A stretch of 64,000 nt of DNA from Podarcis bocagei (GCA_964188305.1 OZ076894.1), one strand, 5' to 3'; positions 1 to 14,105 are shown, counted from the stretch's first letter. Numbers and translations are program-made. Notes: a model not told the origin generated them from the sequence alone.

Positions 1-1457
1 TGCCACAAGGCCTTGTATGCAATGTTACTAGGGGCTCCTGCTCCTGCTCCTGCTCACTCCACCCAGCAACCCCCCCCCATCCATCAAGCCCTCCCTTACC
101 CTCTACCTGGCCATCCCATACTTCCTTTTACACCTGACCAAACCCACTCCAGCGATATTCACCTAGGCCACCTGCCCCCCCCCTGCTTGCCTGTCTACCG
201 TTCTGTTGTTGCCGCTGCTGCAGCTATTGGCAGCCACCTGAACTGCAGCAGCATGGCAACAGATGTACAATTATATTATATAGTAAGATAAGCCTGTTTA
301 GCAGGGGGTGCTAGGTAACAGGTTCTGGAAGAGAAGAGAGAGACTGCTTTAAGATTTAGTAGGTTGGGCTTTGCCTTGGATCAGGCTGGTCAGGATATTA
401 CCAAAATGCATAGAAGAAGACATATGCCCTAATGACAGAATTCTCTGAATAGCTCCTGCCTCTTGCGTTGAAGGAGGAACTTTTATCAGGAACTTTGCAG
501 GGTGAGGTAGTAGTCCCTTTTTTTCTTAAATGGATATAAAGTTATATCATGCACTTACGCTACACTACAATACAATACACACTAACCAGTAAATAAGTTC
601 CAGTGAAAACAATGAGATTTACTTCCAAGTAGGCAAGAACAGGATTGTATTATTGGGGGGGGGGCTTTCTAAATAAGGGTTCTGCAGGGGTTTTTTTGGG
701 GGGGGGGAGAGATGTCTATACATTCATCGTTGCAGAAAGAATCTGCCAGATAAAATTCTGCCTCTTTTCCTCACATCTTCATGTATTTATTAATCCTTTG
801 AGTAGCAAGAACAATTAACCTCTAACTTCAGCTCTTTTTGTCTTGTTTTTCCTCTAGTCATTGTGCTGACACATGTTATTACATCCAGACCTCTGTTGTT
901 TGCTAGAAAGAGGAGCTCTTGAAACACTATCCTTTCCCCAAGGGCATCTGTCACCTTGTCATTCTGAGGTCTGTTCTACTAACTAATGTGCATTTGAAAT
1001 TTTAGCTTTTGATTCCGTGCCATTTAGCGAAGCTCCATTTTGCATTCCGGTTCATACGGTTATTGGGGGATGGAGAAAATAGGCAGCACGCAGGTTTATA
1101 TATATGCACAAGTTCTCCATGAATTAAATAATTGTGAGGTGACAGGGTGCCTGGTTTGGTGTTTCTTTGCAATCAGTTTCAATTAATGTTACTAACTGGT
1201 GTTTTCTGTCTTAAGTGGCAAACCTTAAATTGTAAGCTTAGGCAGTCTGATCTCAGACAGATCAAGTAGGAAAGGATGGGTGTGATGTCTAGCCACCTGC
1301 TCCACCTGTTTGCATCAGTGATTATCCCCACACCAGAGTCCTGATCTAATACAAGGGGAAGGGACATAGATCCTTTATCTGCATTACTGAACACATTATG
1401 GGAGGTGAGCATTTTGGCTTTCTGCGGGCTAAACAACATATTAGGTTATTTGCTATA

Positions 1458-1698
1458 CAGTGTTACCTTGGGTTACGAACTTAATTCGTTCTGGAGGTCC
1501 GTTCTTAACCCGAAACAGTTCTTAACTAGAGGCATGCTTTCGCTAATGGGGCCTCCCGCTGCTGCCATGCTGCTGCCACGCGATTTCCGTTCTCATCCTG
1601 GGGCAAAGTTCTCAACTTGAGGTACTACTTCCAGGTTAGCAGAGTTTGTAACCCGAAGTGTTTGTAACCCAAAGCGTTTGTAACCCAAGGTACCACTG
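1458..1698. mobile_element. Tc1/mariner-superfamily (Tigger/pogo-like) MITE
   Basis: TIRs cagtgttaccttgggtta / taacccaaggtaccactg, flanked by TA on both sides; homologous to copies at 16670, 44152 and 54356. Confidence 0.85.
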
Positions 1699-1788
1699 TA
1701 TATTAAAAAGCATGCTTAAACTAGCCGCTCTTATTTTGATGGGAGAGAGACTACAGGGGGCCCTGATCCAGAATGTTCTCCTGAGCCA

Positions 1789-2463
1789 GGCCCCATCTGC
1801 AGTGTATATTTAAAACAGCACCATAACACTTTAAACAGTTGTGGTTTGTTAAGGATGTTGAGAGTTGTTAGGATACCTCTGTTCCTTTCCCGGAGCTACA
1901 ATCCTCAGAGTGGTTTAACAGCCAGCCCCTCTTTCCAGGGAACTGTAGCTGTGTGAAGGAAACAGTGTTTTTTTAACAACTCTCAGAGCAAACCTAACAA
2001 ACTACACCTCCCAAGTTTCTCTGGAGGACGCCATAGCTGTTTACAATGGTATGATAGTGCTTTAAGATAAAGGTAAAGGTAAAGGGACCCCTGACCATCA
2101 GGTCCAGTCTTGACCGACTCTGGGGTTGCGGCGCTCATCTCGCTTTATTGGCCAAGGGAGCTGGCGTACAGCTTCCGGGTCATGTGGCCAGCATGACTAA
2201 GCCACTTCTGGCGAACCAGAGCAGCACATGGAAACGCCGTTTACCTTCCCGCTGGAGCGGTACCTATTTATCTACTTGCACTTTGACGTGCTTTTGAAGT
2301 GCTAGGTTGGCAGGAGCTGGGACCGGTAGCAACGGGAGCTCACCCCGTTGTGGGGATTCGAACCGCCAACCTTCTGATCGGGAAGTCCTAGGCTCTGTGG
2401 TTTAGACCACAGCGCCACCCACGTCCCTTATGATAGTGCTTTGGGTAGAGTGGAAATTGGGCC
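1789..2463. mobile_element. Old palindromic non-autonomous DNA-transposon-like repeat, interrupted by a Sauria SINE
   Basis: Imperfect inverted arms (ggcccc...agcaccataacactttaaacag / ctgtttacaatggtatgatagtgcttt...gggcc); a related right half occurs at ~30490-30620. Confidence 0.45.
2068..2427 (-). mobile_element. Sauria SINE, full length
   Basis: Reverse complement of the GGGACG..GGTGGCGCTGTGG head with box B (GGTTCGAATCC) and (ACCTTT)n tail; 14-bp TSD tatgatagtgcttt at 2050-2063 and 2429-2442. Confidence 0.93.
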
Positions 2464-4407
2464 CTACTAAGGCCCACATGCTGGTTTCCTGCCAAAATCC
2501 CCCTGACTCTTGTAGCATATTCTGGGACAGATAAACAGCAGCTCGGGGCAGTGCTGGATCTACAAATTCTGCTATGGAGGCAAAAGTCTGCTTTTCCCCA
2601 CTTCTGAATAAACTTTGCCGTGTGACTGTTCAGTACAACCCCACAGACTAAACAAAAATCAGGTGGAGAAGTGGAAGCCTCAATTAATTTTGATAGTAGA
2701 GGGATTCCATGGGCTTGGGTGAGTTAGCTCCCAGAACCCCTTCATCTGCCTCCTTCACAGTATCAGCATCACTGGCAGCAGGTTTTAATCTTTTGACCTC
2801 AGGTCAAACTGGCATAAGTAGAAGAGCAAGTCATTTAACCATACACTGGTGCCCAGTGTTGTCACCAGGGCATAAGACCAGAGCAGCTCAGGCACCCAAA
2901 GCACAGCAGGGCCAGCATTTCACATTTTTACGTAAATGAACATCTGTAGCTCTGTGATTTTCAACTTCTTCTATTTCTTTCATGGAAACTGGCAAGGAGT
3001 TAGTGTGAGTCTGGAATTCAGCAATTCAAGGGGCGAGAGTCTTCTGTATCTGCAGTGCCTAATAGTTGAAAAACTATGTGCTCCATTGGGAGCAAATCCA
3101 CTCTGGCATTGCCCTGTAGTCTCAAAAAGAGTATTACTTTGGTGACTAGTTTGGTCCATAGAGAAATATGCTGTAATTAAATTGTCTTTCGAGGTGTTTT
3201 GGACTCCCTCTTAAACTTGCGCGAACTAGCGTTTATTGATTTCTTTAATTTTAAAAAAGAATTAACTATTGCCTCTGACACAACATTTGCTTTCAAGGAA
3301 ATAAAACTGCACCAGATAAAGATTTTGTTGGTAGAATGTGAAAGCATTTCTAAAGGAAATAATGAGAGATTTCAGATTCATGGTGTGTATGAGTGATAAT
3401 TACTTCAGGTGCCTACAGTTCAGTTTAGAAGCGAGTCCGTTAAATAAATCAGCTGTACAAAAGGAACATGCCCTGAAAATGATTTTATTGGAATGGGTTT
3501 GTAAAAGGGAAAGCGTTTAAGGACATTTCCTCACTCATTGCTTCGTTTCATAAAATGAAAGTGAGCATGAATTACAGAATGTTTCATGAAAAGCTAATCT
3601 CAGCAGATATAGCCCACCACATTATTAGTATGTCTAGGAACGGGATTGCAAAGAGGAGTAAATGGGATGGCAAAAGGCAATTTAAGCAATCAAGGCCTAT
3701 AAATATTTCACAATAGTGTGCCCTACTTATCTGAACATTTTGGCTGGGGTAGTATTTCAAAAGGTTGATAATAAGCCTATAAAATACAGCTGGTTATTAA
3801 CAAAAATGAAAAGACTTCCTCAAATATTAATTGCTACATCATGGAGTGCATTCCATTAGTAACGCAGAGTGAACCTTTTTGTAAATTCGGTATTGATGGC
3901 TTGATAATTGCATTGGGAAACAGATTTTATTTATCAACCTGTTGTGAATTCCTCTGAAAACAATTAGAATAGTGTTCTCATGTGCTATGATCCTATCTTA
4001 AGTAAGGGAGTGTCTGGCTTTGTGGGAACTTTTGCTCTGTGCCTTTGTGGTTAGAGGGGCATCAGTAAAATAAAGCAGCTGTACGAAGAGATATATGCAC
4101 AGTGAACAAATTAGTATAGAAAAGGACTTATGAAGGAACTGAACATTTTATTGCTTTTCATAGGAAACCTGCTGTCTCTCTTTACCTTACGAGGGCAATG
4201 GTGATTTTGGCAGGAAGAGAGTAAGACAACGAGACAAGGAAGACAAGCGCTAGCAAAGGGTCTGTGGTAAAAGTTTCAGAAGCAAAGAATCAGACAAAAA
4301 CGGGTTAGATGTCACTTAAGGGAGCCCATTCACCCCTCCCTATATACAAATTTGTGAGCTTATTTCCCATGGAACAATTTCATGTCATTCTGCCACGGTG
4401 TCGTGTT

Positions 4408-4556
4408 GTGCCAGAAGCGGTTTAGTCATGCTGGCCACATGACCCGGAAATCGGTCTGTGGACAAACGCCGGCTCCCTCAGCCTGAAAGCAAGATGAGCG
4501 CCACAACCCCAGTCGCCTTTGACTGGATTTAACCGTCCAGTGGTCCTTTACCTTAC
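4408..4556 (+). mobile_element. Sauria SINE 3' fragment
   Basis: gccagaagcggtttagtcatgctggccacatgacc...cctttaccttac matches the 3' half of the other copies. Confidence 0.85.
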
Positions 4557-4599
4557 AACTTGGCAGGGCAAAGCTAATCTTCAGATGCTAGATATGACC

Positions 4600-4725
4600 A
4601 CAGGAAAAATAACCCATGGTGCTGGAACAACTCACCATGGGCACCTCCTTTGTTAATGGCAATGGTACCCACCTGAGAGGTGCCGGAACTGAGTTCCAGT
4701 GAGTTTTGGTGGGGGAAAAGCCCTG
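4600..4725. mobile_element. Short hAT-like MITE (family of 27866, 52427, 59540)
   Basis: Shared core atggcaatggtacccacctgagaggtgccggaactgagttcc and terminus aaaagccctg. Confidence 0.6.
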
Positions 4726-4945
4726 AAAATAACTGTTTAATTGGCTAGCTATTGTGGGTCATGATGTCTGCTGAACCGTGCCCTCCTCTTTCATTTTGCA
4801 GTCCCTGTCATTGTTTTTACCCAAATACTGTAGCTTGATGATGTTAGCATCTGTATTCTTGAGAAGAAAAGAGTTTTAATTCCTGAAAAATATTTAAACT
4901 CAGTGCCGAGTTTAAGTAGCTAGAGTGTAAATCATACCATATGCT

Positions 4946-5029
4946 TATTATTATTAAATTAATTTTATTATTTTTACCCTGCCCATCTGGCTGGGTTTTT
5001 CCAGCCACTCTGGATGGCTCCCACAGAAT

Positions 5030-5074
<45 letters not shown>

Positions 5075-5224
5075 AATAATAATGTGATAAAACATCAAAC
5101 ATTAAAAGTTTCCCTAAACAGGGCTGCCTTCAGGATGCCTTCTAAAAGTCAGATAGTTGTTTATTTCCTTGACATCTGATGGGAGGGTGTTCCACAGGGT
5201 GGGTGCCACTACCGAGAAGGCCCT
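4946..5224 (-). mobile_element. L2-clade LINE 3' fragment with internal (CAA)n
   Basis: Near-identical to 32241-32534 and 45037-45304; (ATT)n-type tail on the left; (CAA)n at ~5029-5073. Confidence 0.8.
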
Positions 5225-8221
5225 TGGCCTACAACATTTTGTTGTGGACCCTCCTTATAATCCCTTTATTTTTATTTCAAGAAAAAGAAGTACATCAGTT
5301 GCCTCCTGAAACTTGTCTGAGAATGCAATCTCAAACTGACTAGGACTAGATTCCAGTTGATGGAACTCTTCAAAATATCAGAATAATCTAGCATGTGTAC
5401 TATTGCCAAGCTAGCAAACAAATGCACCAAATGCACCAAAGGACTTGGTGATAAGTTCTAAAAATCAGAATTGATGGATTAAGGAACACCAAAGCCATGG
5501 GAGCTATTGCCTAATAGCTTACCTGCTTTGAAGTTTTGTTTTGTTCAATAGGGTTAAAAATTACACTTCTTTTTGTCTATTTCTTTGTAAGTATGGGGGA
5601 CTGTATTTAAAGCTGATGTTTCTACTAACCAATTTCTTGCTGAAAAACAGCTTCAAGTGGGTCTAAGTTGGAAAGGCTGAACAAGACTCTGGAAGACAAA
5701 TGGGTTGTTGGTCTGGTGTTTGTTTACCATAGAGTTAAAGGAGGACAATTATGTTGCACCAGGCTGTACTGGTTAGAAGGAAGACGGTGGTACCAGAGAG
5801 GCACAAAATTGGGAGTTTGGGGCAGCAGAGGGGATAAATACAAACTGCTGGCTTGTCTTCTATTGACTTTTTGACTCGGCTGACAAAAGTGACAGTAATC
5901 AAGTGCAAAAACAATAAAATGTTCAAAACGGTTACCATTACCGGCAAAATGGAAACAATTCCCTGTCACAGAAAGTGATGGAAAATATTTTCTGGAAGGG
6001 CCTTGTTGCTGAAGAAATCAATCACTGTCCATAGTACAGGTATTGGGCTGATGTGTTGCTTGCACAAAGTGTGCTGGAGTTGACAAGAGCTTTCCATAAG
6101 ACTTACAATCATTCTGGAGTGTACCACTTGTTTGACAATTTCCCCCACAGCAGTCTTAACAGCTATGAAAACAAAAAGGATGTTCTAATGTCTCTTTCCA
6201 TTAGTGTAGCTAACTTACCCCTTTATACTTTAAGGACACTCTTTGTGGGTCAAGGTGAGAACATGATGATGGTGATTTATTTTTTAAGTGTGTGCTTTTT
6301 AATAAGTTTAAAGTAGTCCACAGAACTTAAAATTATATTAAAAAAACAATTATTAGTTTTTATATAACGATGGTAGAAAGAAACTTAAAAAGAAACTTTA
6401 TATATACTATAGGGTATTAAATGTTTTTGTTATTAACTTTGCTTTAAAAATCTTTGACCTCTACAAATATTTCTATACATAGTGTGATTAATGCGTGTTT
6501 AATGGGGAATGTGCATAAACACAAAGAACTGCAAATTGCCTAAACGTTAGGAGCATGTGATCCTAAGTGAGTGAGGTGGAGGTGTCAAGTAAGTGTTTAT
6601 GTATCAGGCAAGAGAACCATGATCAAAATCCCCTATGGATTTTACACTCGCAACATCAACTGTATCTTAGTCATTAACCTGAGCACGCCAGTGAAGTCAG
6701 CGAAACCAATAAGAAGGTACTAAATTTGAATTCAGGGAACTACCACTTTAAGACTCTCCACTCCTTAGGAAGGGGGCGGAGCCTGAGAAATATCTACCAT
6801 CATGGAATCAAGGACTGATTTCTCTTGTTAGCACTGAAAGCAAACTATGACCACAGCTCTAGAATTCTTAGCATATCTGTTCCACCCAACTCAGGGCTGG
6901 ATAGCATCTGTTGCTAAAACGGGAAAATTGGCAATTGGCAATAAATTAGTAAAAGAAGAAAAACATACTAATAGCTAGATCTAAAACTGCTTCATTAAAA
7001 GAAAAAGAAAAAACCCAACCATATTTGATTCAGATGCAGTCATTTAAGATGTTCTGCTCTTCCTCTAATTGTTTTTAAAATGATGTTCAACCCTCTAAAC
7101 CATGAAAAAATCTTGGCTGAAGTTTGAATTTTAAGGCATTGACTCAAGGACTCTATAATTTGAAGTCTGCCCATTAGACTAAATATGGCTTAGAATTTGA
7201 TCCAAGACTAATGGAGGATGTATTACTTTCCCCATTACCTTACCCCATTATTGGGGGAAAAAAATTTTTAAGCACGCAAACACACACACAAACACATCTT
7301 AAGAGTGGCCAATTTCTCTCCATCATAGACAAATAATCCCATCCCTATTCAGACCTGATTTTAGCTGGGGGTGGGTGGGTTGTAAATATGATAAATCTCT
7401 TAGTATGTTCAGACAATAACATAATTATTTCGCAAAATTTTGTGGCACTCATACATACTTCATTGCCATTGTAAGGAACTGAGTATCCATTACACTAAGA
7501 ACAAGAATGTAATATTTGGTCAGATTCTCAACAGGAACTCCTCAAATATAGGTCACGGACTGTAATACATAAACAAGTAGATAAGGGCCCAAGACATCTG
7601 TTCTCAAGCTGATGTAGTAGTAGTACCTGGAATGGTCCTCATCTCAAAATGCAGAATAGAGAACTATATGCCTGTAAAACTCTAGGAATGAGAAGCACAG
7701 CAGCTCCGATGCTTTGGCATTGACATCTGTGCATGTTAGGCTTCAGGAACTTACATGGATGCATGGATGTTCTGGAGGAAGGGATCGTAGTGAATAGCAA
7801 GAGAAAGAGATAATAGAATTGTAGAGCTACGTTATAATATTTTGCATGCAATTTTGCATATAATTAACTGGTCTTTTGTAAAAATTGCATGTGTGCTTCA
7901 TTCATAAGCAGGTGCTTGATGCAAGAGGTGGCCCAATGCAGAAGAAGCTCCAACAGCTCAGAACTACCCCATTAAATCAGTGTATAAATCAGTTTTAAAC
8001 TTATCCACCCCTAATCCTTGTAGCAGACGAATCTTGTCTGATTCCTGTACAGCTTGTCCCCGCCCCCTTCCCTTTCAAATTTCATCATGCACTCCTATGA
8101 TCTTGGGTCAAGAATGTAATTAACAGAAATCACGCTGCATCACCCTGTTTTGAGCTGAATCTCCTTTCAAGGAATTGACAGGTCACACATGCAAAATTGT
8201 ATTGTATTATAACAGACCGTC

Positions 8222-8574
8222 GGGACACGGGTGGTGCTGTGGGTTAAACCACAGAGCCTAGGACTTGCTGATCAGAAGGTCAGCGGTTCGAATCCCCATG
8301 ACGGGGTGAGCTCCCGTTGCTCGGTCCCTGCTCCTGCCAACCTAGCAGTTCGAAAGCACGTCAAAGTGCAAGTAGATAAATAGGTACCGCTCTGGCGGGA
8401 AGGTAAATGGCGTTTCCGTGCGCTGCTCTGGTTCGCCACAAGCGGCTTAGTCATGCTGGCCACATGACCCAGAAGCTGTACGCCGGCTCCCTTGGCCAAT
8501 AAAGCGAGATGAGCACCGCAACCCCAGAGTCAGTCACGACTGGACCTAATGGTCAGGGGTCCCTTTACCTTTAC
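8222..8574 (+). mobile_element. Sauria SINE, full length
   Basis: tRNA-like head with box B, ACCTTT tail; imperfect TSD tataacagaccgtc / tacaacagactgtc. Confidence 0.93.
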
Positions 8575-9488
8575 TACAACAGACTGTCAACTGAATTAAT
8601 CTCTGAGCTGCTTATTTTTTGTTTCTTGTTATCTTAGGCTTCCTATTGATCAGTGAAATTTGGAGAAGTGTGAAATCTGATGGATAGATGAGTTCTGATC
8701 CAAGGGGTGAGGATCAGACCAATTTTTATAGGAATTTTGTATAGACTGAATTCCTCAAGAACCCCTCCATTCCGTTTAACAATACTGCCTTAGTCACACT
8801 TCATGGATGGGAAACTGAAGGATATAATGACTATTTTCCTCCTATAATTGAAGTGTAATTTTAAATATTTAAAGGTGCTATGTATGACTTGAATACTCAA
8901 AAGCCATTCATTAGCTCATCCTTTATTACCCTGTCCAATTAATGAGTGCCTATAAATTTTATATTAATATAGAACTCCTTTTGGACTCAAACAGTTATGA
9001 TTGTTCATGATGTGACGGTGACAGAAAATAAATACAATTGCCGGATGCATAAACAGTGCAGGAAATATTTATTACTTGCAATAAAACTGTCTCCAGTCAG
9101 CATAATGATACATTGAAAAGCAGTGCTGAGAGAGAAGAATCGTAAGGAATGAGTAGGTTAAACTGAGTTCATTGCAGTCTGTAACAAAGAAAGGTCTGAA
9201 ATTAATAAACTAGTATTCATACTGGGGCCTGTTGGGGAAATGTCTAGATCTCAGATAACATAGCAAATGGGTTGCTCCACACAACAGCCCAGGCTAAAGG
9301 ATCAATTCTAAATATGGGTAGCCAGGATTATTTATGTCAGCTTAAGTTACACCAGATCACTGCAAACGTACCATGTTTAGCTTAATGACACGTGGATTAG
9401 CCTTTTGCCACCCACCTGAAATCGAGTAAGCAGCCATTATCAAGCTCTCTGTTGTTGCCCATACAGCCTGATTGTCTGCATGCTTAAT

Positions 9489-9844
9489 AGGTAAAGGTAA
9501 AGGGACCCCTGACCATTAGGTCCAGTCGTGACCGACTCTGGGGTTGCAGCGCTCATCTCGCTTTATTGGCCGAGGGAGCCGGTGTACAGCTTCCGAGTCA
9601 TGTGGCCAGCATGACTGAGCCACTTCTGGCGAACCAGAGCAGCGCACGGAAACGCCATTTACCTTCCCGCCGGAGCAGTACCTATTTCTCTACTTGCACT
9701 TTGACGTGCTTTTGAACTGCTAGGTTGGCAGGAGCAGGGATGGAGCAACGGGAGCTCACCCCGTTATGGGGATTCGAACTGCCGACCTTCTGATCGGCAA
9801 GCCCGAGGCTCTGTGGTTTAACCCACAGCACCACCCACGTCCCC
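9489..9844 (-). mobile_element. Sauria SINE, full length
   Basis: Same consensus on the minus strand; 13-bp TSD gtctgcatgctta. Confidence 0.93.
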
Positions 9845-9921
9845 GTCTGCATGCTTACGCACAAGTAAATCATAGGATCAACTTAGCATGGTAAAGACTT
9901 TTAAGAAGTCATTGTTGTTGT

Positions 9922-10050
9922 NNNNNNNNNNNNNNNNNNNNNNNNNNNNNNNNNNNNNNNNNNNNNNNNNNNNNNNNNNNNNNNNNNNNNNNNNNNNNNN
10001 NNNNNNNNNNNNNNNNNNNNNNNNNNNNNNNNNNNNNNNNNNNNNNNNNN
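9922..10050. other. Assembly gap (129 N) next to a (TTG)n run
   Basis: Run of n in the sequence. Confidence 0.99.
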
Positions 10051-10653
10051 ACTCAGCATCAACTTTGTCACCTTTCATAGCTTTAAAATACACCACAGAC
10101 TTAAAACATTTGCAAAAGGACAAAACAGAGGTTAGTGATCTGAAGGATTCAGGAGGGCCTGAGAAAGGTGCAGTCATTTATCATGGAAGGGAAGGGAAGT
10201 TAGAATGGCTTATAATTGAGAAAATGACAAATGTTAGACATAGTTTAAAGTAATTAAGCCCTTTTCACATACAGGCAAATAGTTACCCAGTGGAGCTAAA
10301 AGGAAGTAAATTTTGAACAAATGTCAAGAGAACCTGTCTCTTACAGCAGCTAATCAGCACATAAAAGTCCTTGCTGGAGAATGCTGTGTACACCAAATGT
10401 GGTCTGAATTCTTTTTGAATAGCACCTAATTGTATTGTCTTTTATCTCAATTGTGGCTTTGTAAGCAAAGCAATAACAGTAGCCTGATATATACTCAGAG
10501 ACAGTTTTGACCGTGGGAGAACAGTACTGCTAAATTTAAGCAAATTTAATCAGTGAAAATGAGGGTTTAAGTTTCTTCCACTGAAATTGTTTGGAATCAA
10601 ACACACTTAATTTCATCTGAATTGTGCCCCATTTTCTTATGGATCATCTAGAC

Positions 10654-10807
10654 CAGTGGTTCCCAACTGGTGGTCTGCGGACTCTAGGGGGTCCATGTAA
10701 CCCATCCAGGGAGTCAGTGGCACAATTCACATATCAAAAACTACCATAGAGCTATCTAATTTTTGAAAGGTAGGGGGTTCATGGCTTAGCTAATTGGGAA
10801 CCATTGG
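10654..10807. mobile_element. Old hAT (Charlie-like) MITE
   Basis: TIRs cagtggttcccaa / ttgggaaccattg; degenerate NTCTAGAN-type flanks (atctagac / gtatagat). Confidence 0.6.
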
Positions 10808-13599
10808 TATAGATGGTTGCCTCGTTTTCCTCTAAATATTGCCATGTATGGATGTTTCATTCCCTTCCCCCAAACTGGATGAGATCTCAGAGAAGGATGA
10901 CCTTGCTGCCAGCACTTGCTCCTGCAGCAGACGTAGTCAACATGGTGCCCAGAGGCAGAGCTAGCTGCTCCAGCACCTGGAGTGGTACACATGCTGTGCA
11001 CCCAGGGGTGGGACTAGTCACCCATGGGGTGGGGCTAGCATTCCAGGGGTGCTCCACCCACAGCGAGCAGCAAGCATCCCAGGGGGGTGCGGCAATGTCA
11101 CCCTCCTCAGGGATGACACCCAGGGTGGACCGCACCCACCGCACCCCCCCTTCCTTCTCCAGTGATGGTGCCCTCCAGATGTGGTTGACCTCCAGAGCCC
11201 ATTATCCCCCGCCAGCATAGCCAGCAATAAGAGACTGTGGGTGTTGTTATTCAGCAGCAGCAGGAGGGCCCCTTCATATATAGGATTCAAGGAGAGTCAG
11301 CTATCAAGTGCCTTCTCCCAAGACTGTTACCTGGGTGGGAAGGTGCCCTGCTTTTGCAAGCTGTAGACTCAGTGAAAGCAATGAACCCTGAGTGGTTCAG
11401 ATCTCCTGGATCAGACCTGATTTGTGGGATGCATATATATAACAATACAGTCTCCACAGAGAAAAGAACATAACATTAAGTTTATGGCATCATTTTACAT
11501 GGTCTTAAACATTGTCATTCCATACAGGTTCTCCACATAACAGGTTTGTGAGGCTGGTGGGAGACGCTGGCTTTCTTTTTCCCTTATGTATGAAAAGAAG
11601 GGAGACCAGGTTTCATCAAAGGTCTTTTGCTTTATAACCCCCAGTTAATCATTCTGAACTAGCTATATCCCAAATATTATTGAACCTGGGATTGCCAGTG
11701 ATACCACTAGACATGTGGCGGTAAAAAAAAGAATTAAATCTTTATGCTGGGTTGTAGGATTGGAATCTGGATTTAGTGAAAGCAGAGTTAAAGCTGGGTT
11801 TGGCGAGAGAGGTTGTTTAACACTTTTTGGAGAAAATATTGAAGACCAAAATACGGAAAGAATTTTGCATTCCCACCAAGCATGAAAACACTTCCTCGGA
11901 CCCTTAAGCACAGTAAATGAACAGAATCCAAGACCCAAGGGTATGGTGCCCATCTGGCAACACAGGTCCTCAAGTCCCTGAGTCCTATTTTGGAGGAGAA
12001 ACACCAGATCCAACACATGTTCAGGCTCAGGCCTCTGCTGATACTGCAGGGAGAGGTGGGGCTTCAGAAAGGGGCGGAGCCTCAGGAGCAGTTACAGTTG
12101 GTTTTGCACAGTTGATGATGCTAAGCCTCACCTTTCACAGCTCATTGACCCCATAGCTGGGAAATAGCCATGTTCCTTCCAAATGTTGTTGGGCTCCAGC
12201 GTGGCTGGTGACCAAAGATGATGGGACTTATACTGGAGCAACACTGGCTATCCCTGATTTACTTCAACAACTTCCCTGCTGTCTATAAATCTTTGGTCTC
12301 TGACCTACTGAACACCTCCAGTAAAACATACCTTTGAGCCACAGTGCGAAAGTGGGGTTCTGAGCACATGAAGTGGAAGAGAAGCTTTCTCACATATTTT
12401 TCCCATTTCATGTGGAGAGTGTCAGTAGTGAAGGGGCCCCAAACTCCCACATAGATTTCTGTAATGGAACACATTTGTCAAATTTGACAACTGCACTCTG
12501 TTACAACCCTCTTTCTTAAAATATAAGAAGTTTGAGGCAAGTATGATTCATCACCATTTTCCTGTCTTCTGGGGAAGAAGACTTAACTCTCAACTAATCC
12601 TTTCTTTATGTAATTGTCTGCTGTGGAAGCTTCTGCTCATTTGTAATGAAATGACTGCATGTTGCAGAGACTCTGGGCGTACTCTAGGGCAACTCTTAGG
12701 TCAAGCAAAGAACTGCTTGGGCACTACTGTATGGTCTACCTGAAATCCAGGGTGATCTCATTTCGAACAGCGCAGGAACACAAATTGGAGACTGTGGTCC
12801 TACAGCTCCGATAAATGCAGCTGAGAAGGATTGGGGCAAGAGTGAAGAACTCTGTTGGGGTCATTTTACAGTTCTGCCTAGCGTTCTTTGTAAGGCATGC
12901 TTTGATAGTCTCCCTGATACAGTGTTCTCACTTCTGAATTACAGCAGGGCCCCTTTCTTGCTGCTGTTAGAAGGATTCTGAAGCTTCCTTGTTTGATGAA
13001 ATGAAGACAGATGCTCCATTGCTCCAGCCAGGAAAGGCCAGCTGAAATATTGGAAGTTGGAGCACCTTTGCTTAAGAGGAGAAGCGTTCAGGGCTTTTCA
13101 GTTTGTGGAGGCTGGAGATATACGGAAAGGGTAGAGCATGGTAGAATAATTATAAATGGTGTGGAGAGAGTGGGCAGATTTCTCTTCCTGTTCCCATAAA
13201 GAGTAGCATTTAGGATGTCAGCAGGTGAAATTGACTATAACTGTTCATAGGAGGGATGAAACGATCCATTTTATACATAACAGAGTTCGCTACCGGAAAA
13301 CATGATGGTCATCCTAACAGTTCTGCTGGATCAGAACAAAGGCGCATCTAGTCCAGCATTCTGTCTAAAGTAGACAAATCCACAAAGGCTAGGTATGCCT
13401 ATTAAGCCATGCTAGCTTAATACAACCTCTGTGTTCAAGAGCAGTTTACCTCTGAGTACAAAGTGCTTGGGACAAACCGGAGATTGGCAGTCACCTTCAG
13501 GTCCTGTTTTTGAACTTCTGGAGCAGGCATAGGAAACTATTAGTCCTCCAAATGTCATTCCATCTTCCTTGTTGGCCATGCTCACCCTCATCTAGAGGC

Positions 13600-14105
13600 A
13601 CATAGAATCATAGAGTTGGAAGGGATCCTGAGGATCATCTAGTCCACAGGCCTGTAAGACAGAGTTGTTCCGCCTGGCCTTTGGCTTGGAATCAACTTGA
13701 TCCCCTCCCCCTCTTTTCTTTTTCCTTTCTCCTTCTGTGATGGAACTCCCATTTGGGGACTTCCCTGGCTTTTTCTGGCCCATGTAGGACCAGTCTGGAT
13801 AGTTGGCCTTGGTGAAGACTTGACGTTTTCATCCCCAAAAAAGTTTTTGATTTGAGTTCCTACTGAAATGAGGCTGCATTTTAATGTTGTATTTTAATCT
13901 TGTCTTTAAGTTGTATTTCAATCAATTGTTTTTATACCTGGTGTTAGCCGCACTGAGCCCGGTCTTGGCTGGGGAGGGTGGGGTATAAAATTTTGTTATT
14001 ATTATTATTAGTCCAGCCCGCTGCAATGCAGCAGGAATATGGAGCTGTCTCTAAAAGTGATTGAACCTGGAACCTTGGTGTTGTCAGCACCATGCTCTAA
14101 CCGAC
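13600..14105 (-). mobile_element. tRNA(Ile)-derived SINE with CR1-type tail, split by an L2 insertion
   Basis: Minus strand reads ggttagagcatggtgctgacaacaccaaggttccaggttcaatc (tRNA-Ile-like), then ggactagatgatcctc...cccttccaactctatgattctatg (CR1 3' end). Confidence 0.7.
13647..14008 (+). mobile_element. L2-like LINE 3' end inserted in the SINE above
   Basis: 3' motif gttagccgcactgagccc...ggagggtgggtataaa plus (TTA)n tail; 7-bp TSD tagtcca at 13640-13646 and 14009-14015. Confidence 0.7.

Noticed and set aside
9878-10253. ORFs containing X runs
   Set aside because: Artefacts of the N gap
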